A program made the translations under genes and the position numbers. Positions 29,606-37,300 of a DNA stretch of 64,000 bases are shown piece after piece. Each line of letters begins with the position of its first letter. The first letter of the stretch is position 1. The stretch is from an uncultured Bdellovibrionales bacterium (GTDB taxonomy: Bacteria; Bdellovibrionota; Bdellovibrionia; Bdellovibrionales; JAMPXM01). Location of the stretch: positions 7 to 64,006 of the forward strand of contig CALBDW010000092.1 in NCBI GenBank assembly GCA_937927435.1, read 5' to 3'. Under the pieces are notes generated by a model, which saw only the letters and a program-made list of their open reading frames with translations, was not told where the DNA came from and searched no databases.

Positions 29606-30598
29606 GTGATTATTTCCCGCACGCCTTTTCGAGTGAGTTTCTTGGGGGGAGGCACTGATCTTCCCGATTTCTATCTGGAAGAAGAAGGCGCGGTTCTCAC
29701 GACCACGATCGACAAGTACATCTACATCACTGTCAACGACCGCTTCGATCATTCTTACCGCTTATCCTACAGCAAGACTGAGATCTGTGACCGGGTAGAC
29801 CAGATCGAGCACAAGATTTTCCGCAACGTTCTTGAAAAGTACGCCGATGCCGCCCGTGAGAAAAACGGCGGACGCGGACTTGAGATCTTGTCGATGGCCG
29901 ACATTCCGCCGGGAACGGGGCTTGGCAGCTCGTCGAGCTTCACCGTTGGCCTCTTGCATGCGCTCAAGGCCCACATCGGCATTTTTCAGAGTGCCGAAGA
30001 TCTTGCGGCCGAAGCGGCGCGTATCGAAATCGAAGATCTCCAAGAACCGATCGGAAAGCAGGACCAATATGCCGCGGCCTATGGTGGCCTTCAATACATC
30101 CGCTTTTTTCCAACCGGAGAAGTTTCCGTCGAGCCGGTGATCTGCTCTAACCGGACGAAGGCGGAGCTGGAAGCTTCGATGCTGGTTTTCTATACCGGGA
30201 TGACCCGCTCAGCTTCGGACATTTTGAGCGAACAGAAAAAGAATACGAACCGAAAGCGCGAAACTTTGCGGGCGTTGCGGGATCTGGCTCTCCGGATGAA
30301 GAAGATTCTCGAAAACGGCGGGCCGATTCAAGAGGCCGGCGCGCTTTTGCACGAAGGCTGGATGCTCAAGAAGACCCTGGCTCCGGGAATATCTATCGGG
30401 CAAATCGATGAGTGGTACGATCGGGCTCGTGCCGCGGGGGCGACCGGTGGCAAGATTATGGGGGCTGGCGGCGGAGGTTTTTTGATGGTACTTTGCGAGC
30501 CCGAAAAACAAGAGCGGGTCAAAGCGGAGCTGCGGGAGCTGCGGTCCGTGAAATTAGGGATGGAAAGCTTCGGTAGCAAGATTATTTTTGTTAGCTGA
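29606..30598 (+). CDS. GHMP-family sugar kinase (D-glycero-D-manno-heptose-7-phosphate kinase-like)
   Basis: MIISRTPFRVSFLGGGTDLPDFY N-terminus. GHMP motif PPGTGLGSSSSF. C-terminal GAGGGGFLM. Confidence 0.8.
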   Translation: MIISRTPFRVSFLGGGTDLPDFYLEEEGAVLTTTIDKYIYITVNDRFDHSYRLSYSKTEICDRVDQIEHKIFRNVLEKYADAAREKNGGRGLEILSMADIPPGTGLGSSSSFTVGLLHALKAHIGIFQSAEDLAAEAARIEIEDLQEPIGKQDQYAAAYGGLQYIRFFPTGEVSVEPVICSNRTKAELEASMLVFYTGMTRSASDILSEQKKNTNRKRETLRALRDLALRMKKILENGGPIQEAGALLHEGWMLKKTLAPGISIGQIDEWYDRARAAGATGGKIMGAGGGGFLMVLCEPEKQERVKAELRELRSVKLGMESFGSKIIFVS

Positions 30599-30625
30599 TA
30601 GGTTTGTCGGCTGAAGGGGTGAGTC

Positions 30626-31087
30626 ATGTCGCGCAAGAAAGCTAAGCCGGGAATCAATCGCAAAGCCGCGATGGTTGCGACTTCGGATGTCGAGAAGAAG
30701 TACGGAACAGTTGCGATCGAACAAAACAAGCTCGAGCGCTTTGAAAACCGCACGCAAGTGCGCCGCTACACGATCGAGTTCACATGTCCGGAGTTCACGT
30801 GCCTGTGCCCGCGCAGTGGCTTCCCGGATTTCGCGACCATTCGGATCAAATACGTTCCGGATAAGTATTGCGTGGAACTCAAATCGTTGAAGCTTTACAT
30901 CAACAGCTTCCGCGACAAGCACGTCTTCCACGAGGACGTGACGAACATCATCTTGCAGGACCTGGTCGACCTCTTGGATCCTTGGGAAATCACGGTCGTT
31001 GGCGATTTCAATGTGCGCGGTAACATTCATACCGTCGTGACCGCGACTCACACGAAAGAGAAACAGGGGCGTTCGAAACGCGCATGA
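30626..31087 (+). CDS. queF: NADPH-dependent 7-cyano-7-deazaguanine reductase (type I QueF)
   Basis: 153 aa. EFTCLCPRSGFPDFATIRIKYVPDKYCVELKSLKLYINSFRDKHVFHE (QueF motif plus catalytic Cys). The stop TGA at 31085-31087 overlaps the first bases of a repeat arm. Confidence 0.9.
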   Translation: MSRKKAKPGINRKAAMVATSDVEKKYGTVAIEQNKLERFENRTQVRRYTIEFTCPEFTCLCPRSGFPDFATIRIKYVPDKYCVELKSLKLYINSFRDKHVFHEDVTNIILQDLVDLLDPWEITVVGDFNVRGNIHTVVTATHTKEKQGRSKRA

Positions 31088-31180
31088 ACTGGCTCACTTC
31101 CGTGGTGACGGTGCTAACTAGTCGAATTAACTGGATTTTTATGGCTATTGAGATGTCACCACGATTGTGAGCCAGTTTTA
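31086..31180. repeat. 95-bp head-to-head doublet of the repeat family, between convergent genes
   Basis: GAACTGGCTCAC-TTCC-GTGGTGACG (31086-31110), then a 45-bp unique centre, then TCACCAC-GATT-GTGAGCCAGTTTTA (31156-31180). The arms are reverse complements of each other. The queF stop and the minus-strand gene stop (complement of 31178-31180) both lie in the arms. Confidence 0.9.
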
Positions 31181-32785
31181 AAACTTCTCGATGAACGCCG
31201 ACTTCATCTGTCGTTTGGCGCCTGGAAGTTCGAAATCCCAGTCCGGGGTCGGAGCGGGAGTCAGGCGTCCCGCTTTCGATTGCACAAGCCACTTTTTCAA
31301 CCGCTTTGCGAAATCTTCGACCGTCCATCCTTCGAAGTTCAAAGCGAAAAGAATGCGGCCGCCCGGGCGAGTGACGGTATTGAGTTGGTTCAAGAGCGAC
31401 TCAAAATCCTTGTCGATGCGGAACACGCCGCCGGTTTTCGAGCGGCTGAAAGAGGGCGGGTCACAGATGACGAGATCGAACTGCTGTCCTTTTTTCGCTG
31501 CCCATGCGAGGTATTCGCGAGAATCCATCACCCGGAACTCGTGGTTTTCGGGGGAAAGCGAATTGAGGCTAAAGTTGGTTTTGCTCCATTCAATAAACGA
31601 CCGGCTCACGTCGACCGACACGACGCGCTTGGCTCCACCGAGTGCGGCCGCCACACTGAATCCGCCCGTGTAGGAGAACAGATTGAGGACGTCTTTGTCG
31701 CGGGCGTGCTCTTTCACCCATAGGCGGTTTTGTCTTTGATCAAGGAAAAGTCCCGCTGAAAGTCCCGTATCGGTACGGAATTCAAAGCGAACGCCGTTTT
31801 CTTCTCCGAGCCAGCGAGTCTCAAAACAGGTGTGGGGGCCGCGTATGATTTTCTCTTCATTCGGAGAGCGCCCTCGATTCCCTCGAATTTGTACGTACCA
31901 ATTCTTCCAGCCGAGTTCTTCGCAAAGCTGGTGAAGAGCGCTCCATTCTTCGTCATTGGGCTCCCTTTCGGCAAACCATGAGAATGAAATCACCGGTCCC
32001 AACTGGTCGGCGCGTAACGGATCTCCTTCGGAATGAATCCAGCGCAGAGTCCGAGCTGCGTCGTCGCCGTTTGGAGAGCTGAGAGCTGCCCACGAGCGGA
32101 TAAGACGTTCGCGCCGGTCGACGGCGCTGAGCCAGCGGCTCAAAGGCGGAGAGCGGGTGAACTCCCGCCGTCGAAACCAGCGCGGTTCTGGAAAAGATTG
32201 TGAGAACCGTTCTCCGTCGATTTCGAAGGAAAGAAAATGACTGTGCAGGCACAGGCTAGGATAGCTTGTTCCGCCGTAAAGCGTGTCGCCGAGGATCGGA
32301 ATTCCGCTCTTTGCTGCATGCAAGCGGATTTGGTGGGTCCGTCCGGTCGACGGGCGTGCCTCCCAAAGGGTCAGCCCATGGCTTTCTTCAAGCCTAAGAA
32401 ACTTCGTGTGCGCGTTTGCCGGCCGCTCCGCGGTCGGCTGCGAAGACACGATTCCGCCCGGACCGCGATCAATATGAGATTCGATCTCGAATTCTGACCG
32501 CGAACTCGGACGGTCGGTGAGGAGAAGATAACGTTTTTCGACTCTCCTCGATGAAAACGCCTCCCGCAGTTTTTCGGCGGCTTCCTTGCTTCGCGCGAGA
32601 GAAAGAACGCCTGTCGTTTCCCGGTCCAATCGATGCGCGACCCGAAGGTCAAGGCCGAAACGGGCGGAAAGGTACTCCACGAAACCGTCGTTCGGATCAA
32701 TCAATGAATCAGACGTCGGTTTCTGATTAAGTGACGAGTGCGTCGTCACTCCCGCCGGTTTATCGACGAAAACAAAATCCGCCAC
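31178..32785 (-). CDS. fusion protein: RluA-family pseudouridine synthase + RlmI-like class I SAM-dependent RNA methyltransferase
   Basis: N-terminal half: VDKPAGVTTHS, HRLDRETTGVL, KRYLLL, GRTHQIRLH. C-terminal half: LNLFSYTGGFSVAAALGG, VSVDVS, VICDPPSFSRSK. The tracked ORF start (33175) overlaps fur in another frame, so the start is set at the GTG at 32785, just downstream of the fur stop. Confidence 0.75.
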   Translation of the reverse strand: MADFVFVDKPAGVTTHSSLNQKPTSDSLIDPNDGFVEYLSARFGLDLRVAHRLDRETTGVLSLARSKEAAEKLREAFSSRRVEKRYLLLTDRPSSRSEFEIESHIDRGPGGIVSSQPTAERPANAHTKFLRLEESHGLTLWEARPSTGRTHQIRLHAAKSGIPILGDTLYGGTSYPSLCLHSHFLSFEIDGERFSQSFPEPRWFRRREFTRSPPLSRWLSAVDRRERLIRSWAALSSPNGDDAARTLRWIHSEGDPLRADQLGPVISFSWFAEREPNDEEWSALHQLCEELGWKNWYVQIRGNRGRSPNEEKIIRGPHTCFETRWLGEENGVRFEFRTDTGLSAGLFLDQRQNRLWVKEHARDKDVLNLFSYTGGFSVAAALGGAKRVVSVDVSRSFIEWSKTNFSLNSLSPENHEFRVMDSREYLAWAAKKGQQFDLVICDPPSFSRSKTGGVFRIDKDFESLLNQLNTVTRPGGRILFALNFEGWTVEDFAKRLKKWLVQSKAGRLTPAPTPDWDFELPGAKRQMKSAFIEKF

Positions 32786-32798
32786 GGCTTCGGAATTC

Positions 32799-33338
32799 TC
32801 AATTTTTAGCCGGCGTCGACGAGCCGGTTTTCTTGGCACGTTCTTGTTTTTGGCAATCGGGACAAATGCCGTAAAGTTCGAGCAGGTGGTGCGTGAGTTG
32901 GAATCCGAATTCTTGGGCCACTTTCTCCTGAAGTCGTTCGATTTCGTAGTTTTCGAATTCGACGATTTTATGGCAGTGCACGCAAGTGAGGTGGTCGTGG
33001 TGGTCCTTTTCGGCCCACTCATAACGGGCCGGCATTCCGCCCATTCGAACTTCGGTGACGTAATTGTGTTCCGAGAGCGTGCGCAAGAAACGATAAACTG
33101 TCGCGAAGCCGATCGCTGGGTTACGGGCGGCGACAGCTTCGTAAACGTCTTGTGCCGTAAAGTGATTGGACCCATTCCGAATGATCTCGAGGATGAGCAT
33201 TCGCTGTTCGGTCACCTTGAGTCCCAGATCGCGAATGATCTTTTTATTGGGGACTTTTTCTCCGCGGCTCGAGGCGCGCGAGAGAAGTTCTTGAGACGAG
33301 CTAACGGGCAAACTGGATACGGCTGTACGGAAATTCAT
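32799..33338 (-). CDS. fur: Fur-family metalloregulator
   Basis: LKVTEQRMLILEIIR..HFTAQDVY..ATVYRFLRTL winged helix. HHDHLTCVHCHKIVEF and CPDC metal sites. Confidence 0.8.
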   Translation of the reverse strand: MNFRTAVSSLPVSSSQELLSRASSRGEKVPNKKIIRDLGLKVTEQRMLILEIIRNGSNHFTAQDVYEAVAARNPAIGFATVYRFLRTLSEHNYVTEVRMGGMPARYEWAEKDHHDHLTCVHCHKIVEFENYEIERLQEKVAQEFGFQLTHHLLELYGICPDCQKQERAKKTGSSTPAKN

Positions 33339-33378
33339 GCGTGCTCTTTTATCTTTCCCGATGTCCGACCGTCAAGAT

Positions 33379-33397
33379 GCGAATGATTTTCAATTTC
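33379..33397 (-). promoter_or_regulatory. candidate Fur box upstream of fur
   Basis: GCGAATGATTTTCAATTTC matches GATAATGATAATCATTATC at 13/19 positions. Lies 41-59 nt upstream of the fur start codon. Confidence 0.3.
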
Positions 33398-33450
33398 AGA
33401 CTTAGGTGAGGTCAGATAATTCGGTAAGTATTGGAAATATCTAAGTTTTT

Positions 33451-33544
33451 AAACTTGCTCACGAGCGTGGTGGTCGTGTTAGGCCTTCGGAAGTTCCTCG
33501 CTCTCGGTTCTTGAAGCGTGGCACCAATAAAGTGATCCAGTTTG
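33451..33544. repeat. 94-bp head-to-head doublet of the repeat family (diverged copy)
   Basis: AAACTTGCTCAC-GAGC-GTGGTGGTCG (33451-33476), then a 44-bp unique centre, then GCACCAA-TAAA-GTGATCCAGTTTG (33521-33544). Lies in the divergent fur / 33755 intergenic region. Confidence 0.75.
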
Positions 33545-33754
33545 TGGCGGAGAAGCGTCCTCCGCCGTGAAAGCGATTCAAAATCCATGAAGTTTGTCTA
33601 GGGTGACTATTTTGAGCGCTCGCCGAATTCGATTTGGCGTGAGTCCACGGCAGAAAGCCACGAAGATTTTCACTTTCGGTGCTGCATTTTGCGGCGCAAG
33701 GCGGATTTGTATTAATATGCGCTCGCAGAACGAATGAAGTTTAAGGCGGGTGCC

Positions 33755-34024
33755 ATGAAGGTTTCGATTCGGACGCAGTTTGTGATGTGGTTAGTTGCGA
33801 GCGTAGTTGCCGCCACGGCTCTTGCGTCACAAGAAGCGAAGGAATCTCAACCGAAAACCGTCGCGGTTACAGCGGCCGCGGCACCTGCACCGACGCCGGC
33901 TCCGGGCGTTTTGGCGGCTCCGGTTCCCGTGAACGTCATTTACGTGAAAGAAAACCAACCGGTGCAGATTGTTGATTCGCATGGCCGACTTCTCCAAGTG
34001 ATCTATCTGAAAAAATCGAAGTAA
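33755..34024 (+). CDS. small secreted Ala/Pro-rich protein
   Basis: MKVSIRTQFVMWLVASVVAATALA signal peptide followed by an AAAPAPTPAPGVLAAPVP region. No recognisable family. Confidence 0.45.
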   Translation: MKVSIRTQFVMWLVASVVAATALASQEAKESQPKTVAVTAAAAPAPTPAPGVLAAPVPVNVIYVKENQPVQIVDSHGRLLQVIYLKKSK

Positions 34025-34027
34025 GTT

Positions 34028-34951
34028 TCAAAGAGTCAACCGTTCCAATCGCGCGATGCGCGCTTCGAGCGGCGGGTGCGTCGACATCAGAAGCGCGATG
34101 GTGCTGCGTCTGGGACTGTCGATTTTTAAGGCCGCGTAACTTGGGGCCGCCTCTTTGACTTCCGGCATTTCATTGAGTTCGTGCACGCGCAGAAGTGTTT
34201 TCAAGGCGTGAATCATGTTTTCGCGGCCGGCGTAGCGGGCTCCTCCCTTATCGGCGCGGTACTCTCTTTGCCGCGAGAACCAAGCGATGAGCAATGAGCC
34301 AGGAATAAAGAGCAGTAACTCAAGCAGCCAGACGATCAGGTAGGTGGCGGGGCCCAAGCCCCCGCGGTTGTCGCGGTCGCCGCGAAGAGCGGCGTCGATG
34401 GCGAAGGCAATGATTCGAGCGAAAGCCAAAACAAAGGCGTTCACGACGCCCTGAAGGAGTGTCATGGTCACCATGTCGCCGTTGGCAATATGGGCGACTT
34501 CGTGACCCAGCACGCCGTCGCGCGCACGTTTGTCCATGGTACGTAAAAGGCCTGAGCTCACGGCGACAAGCGAGTTGTTCTTTGATGGGCCTGTCGCAAA
34601 GGCGTTCACTTCCGGCGAGTTGTAGATGGCGACTTCAGGCATTTTGCGTAAGCCGGCGGCGCGAGCAAGATTGTGAACGGTGTCGACGATATCTCGGGTG
34701 GTGGGATCTGTCGTGCGAGGATCGATGACTTGAAGGCTCATGGCTTGCTTCGCGAGCGTCTTCGAAAGCATGAGGCTGATGAATGCGCCGCCTATGCCCC
34801 AGACCAGACAGAAGCCGATAAGGGAGCCGTAATCAATGCCGTGTTCGCTGAGATAAGGGCGGAGCCCCAAGAGATTGATCACTAAGCTCAACATCAGGAT
34901 GACGGTGATATTGAGACCAATGAAGAAGAAGGCCCGTCTGAACCATGCCAT
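34028..34951 (-). CDS. htpX: M48-family zinc metalloprotease HtpX
   Basis: RBS GAGGAG before MAWFRRAFFF. INAFATG, VLGHEVAHIANGDMVTMTLLQGVVNAF (HExxH) and REYRADKGGA, collinear with E. coli HtpX. Confidence 0.9.
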   Translation of the reverse strand: MAWFRRAFFFIGLNITVILMLSLVINLLGLRPYLSEHGIDYGSLIGFCLVWGIGGAFISLMLSKTLAKQAMSLQVIDPRTTDPTTRDIVDTVHNLARAAGLRKMPEVAIYNSPEVNAFATGPSKNNSLVAVSSGLLRTMDKRARDGVLGHEVAHIANGDMVTMTLLQGVVNAFVLAFARIIAFAIDAALRGDRDNRGGLGPATYLIVWLLELLLFIPGSLLIAWFSRQREYRADKGGARYAGRENMIHALKTLLRVHELNEMPEVKEAAPSYAALKIDSPRRSTIALLMSTHPPLEARIARLERLTL

Positions 34952-35065
34952 TGGTGAACTCCTCTTGGTGGGCGTCCGCGGAGGACGCCAAAACAAACTT
35001 AGCATGGTAACGATGGGGCCTGATTTCAGAACGTCAAGCGAGGCTTCATGGCTCCCTTGGGCGGC

Positions 35066-36193
35066 TTAAAGCGGGAAACTGACCGAGAGGGCGCCGGTCC
35101 AACCGCCGAATGCGGTGGGATTACCCGTCAGGACGGCCGTGTACTCCAGAGTGAGGTCCACGTTCGCGGGGAAGACATTCACGCGGACCCCCGTAAACGG
35201 TGAAAGGAGTAAAGTCGTCTCATGAGCGTGTTCGCGAATGTAAGTTTGGCCGCTCGGGTTCGAGCGGTAACTTCTGACGTTAACGTCGATAATCCCCACG
35301 CCACCCCCGACGAGAGGACGAAGGAATTCCGTCCCGGAAAATAGATGGAGGAAATCGGCGCGAACGATGAGGCTCCGTGTGTTTTGAATCGTGACGGCTT
35401 GATCCATGCCGTGACCCAGCTCGATAAATGCGCGTCCGATGAAGAGGGGGAAGTCTTTTTCGAATCCGATCGCCAGGGTCGACTGGCCGTTCTGAAGTTC
35501 TGGTGAAAGTCCACTGTAACGAGCATCGACATATGAAGTCCGCGCAAAGAGTCGCGCGCCTTCGGGAAAACTTTTGGGGCTTTCAACGGAAGTTTGAGAT
35601 GCGACAGCAGCGGTTGATTGCGAGACGGAGTCTTGTTTGGACGCCGCAATCGGTGGTTCGGGAATTGGATAGGGATCCGCCACCAAAACCGGTTTGGCCT
35701 CTCGAGGCGGAGGGATTGAAGCTTGAGTAGTCGGTGCGAACGAAGAAGGCGTCGGCGAAGGCGCGGCGGCTGCGATCGGAGCTGGGCTCGGGGCTGGACG
35801 AACGATAGCGACCGGGGTGGAGGTCGGTGTAGGCGTCGTTTGGGGAGACTGTGATCCCGTGGCCGCTTGAATCTTGGTCGAAGAATCTTTGAGTGATTTT
35901 TCCGCCGCTGCTTGATCTTCGAACGCTTCCTCGACCGGCAAGGGTGTCCGAACCACCACGGTGGTTGTATGTTCGGCGGAACTCGTGCCAAACTCGACCG
36001 TGATTTTCTTCTTCTTCGGCAGTTGGGTCGGGAGTTGGGAGCCGGATTGCGGCTTCTTCGCGGATTTCGTCGCGAACGATTTCTTGCTCGATTTCGCTTG
36101 CGGCGTCGGCTTTGGCTTTGGTTGGGTTTCAGGTGCCGCTAACGCGATTGAGACGGAAAAGACGAGTGTGAAGGCGATCAGGCGAATGATCAT
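35066..36193 (-). CDS. secreted protein with long Pro/Ala/Thr-rich linker and C-terminal beta-barrel-like domain
   Basis: Signal peptide MIIRLIAFTLVFSVSIALA. About 200 aa of low complexity. The C-terminal ~170 aa have alternating hydrophobic strands. ATGA overlap with the upstream gene. Confidence 0.55.
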   Translation of the reverse strand: MIIRLIAFTLVFSVSIALAAPETQPKPKPTPQAKSSKKSFATKSAKKPQSGSQLPTQLPKKKKITVEFGTSSAEHTTTVVVRTPLPVEEAFEDQAAAEKSLKDSSTKIQAATGSQSPQTTPTPTSTPVAIVRPAPSPAPIAAAAPSPTPSSFAPTTQASIPPPREAKPVLVADPYPIPEPPIAASKQDSVSQSTAAVASQTSVESPKSFPEGARLFARTSYVDARYSGLSPELQNGQSTLAIGFEKDFPLFIGRAFIELGHGMDQAVTIQNTRSLIVRADFLHLFSGTEFLRPLVGGGVGIIDVNVRSYRSNPSGQTYIREHAHETTLLLSPFTGVRVNVFPANVDLTLEYTAVLTGNPTAFGGWTGALSVSFPL

Positions 36194-37038
36194 GGCGAGC
36201 TCCAATCGCTGGCGTCGTAGATGTCGCTTCCGACTTCGACTCTTCGGATGAAGGCACCTGCGTAATCGGTGTGTGTCTCGTTCCCTAATGAGAAGAGAAT
36301 CCCCGAAACCGGGAGTCCATGCGGCATGCCGGATTCGATCGTTACGGAGTTACGAACACATGCGTTCGGGTAGGCCGTCAGCAGAGCGTTCAGATCGACA
36401 TCGGTGCCGAAAACGTCGGCTTGGGGAACTAGCTCGGCGGTTGGATGAGCGGGATCTAAGATCGGGTCATCGAGAGCTTTCCATTTTACATCACTGATTC
36501 CGGCGCTATATCGCCAGTAACCGTTACCTGCATCTTGCCTGTCGAGATTCAAAGCGTCCGCATCCGCGATGAGAACCCGAACGTCGCCGCCGTCGCAGTT
36601 TAAATCCGTCACTAAAAGCAGTTCGACGTTCTGAGGGCTTCCGATGTTCTTCGCCTCGAACGAAATCTGGCCGATTTCAGAAAGTTTACGGCCCGAGTAC
36701 GGCGCGAGCCCCAAAAGGGCACGGTTTCCTTCCCCATCGCCGTTAAAAGCATGGCGGCCGTTGGTTTGCGGCCAGGTGACGAGCCGGATGGCGAGCGAGG
36801 TCGCGGTTGTGCCGTCAAGGCTCATTTCCGCGCTGGCTTGGTTCACGGAATGATCGAAGAAACCGGCGGGGAGAGAGCGACGGCCGTCGATAATTCTTAA
36901 CTCATCCCCATCCACGGGAGTGGTGGGGTCGGCGTAGATTTTATTTTCCCGTCCGCATCCCGAAAGCAGCGAGACAACGCACGCAGCAAGAATAAGAGAC
37001 GAAAAGGAACGACGCCAATTGGCAAAAACGGTTTGCAT
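36190..37038 (-). CDS. lipoprotein, function unknown
   Basis: Lipobox LLSGC after MQTVFANWRRSFSSLILAACVVS. GGAG RBS before the ATG at 37038. No recognisable family. Confidence 0.5.
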   Translation of the reverse strand: MQTVFANWRRSFSSLILAACVVSLLSGCGRENKIYADPTTPVDGDELRIIDGRRSLPAGFFDHSVNQASAEMSLDGTTATSLAIRLVTWPQTNGRHAFNGDGEGNRALLGLAPYSGRKLSEIGQISFEAKNIGSPQNVELLLVTDLNCDGGDVRVLIADADALNLDRQDAGNGYWRYSAGISDVKWKALDDPILDPAHPTAELVPQADVFGTDVDLNALLTAYPNACVRNSVTIESGMPHGLPVSGILFSLGNETHTDYAGAFIRRVEVGSDIYDASDWSSP

Positions 37039-37300
37039 GCTCAACTCCGGTTTCTTCAATCTGAGGTCTTTTGTGCAATGAGCGTGCTATGGGCGGCTCC
37101 GGAGAGATGTTGGACGACTGTCAAAGGTTTAGGCGGCGAACTGCAAACAATGGCCTGTCGGCCGGACTGCTATGGAAACCCCGCAGACCATTGCAGGGTC
37201 CACGGTGACAAATCTCGGGTGGTAGAGGGCGAATTACGGGGTATATGCGGAGCGGCGTCTGTTTGAACGGTGCTTGTCGGCATGATAGGTTGGTCCCCTC

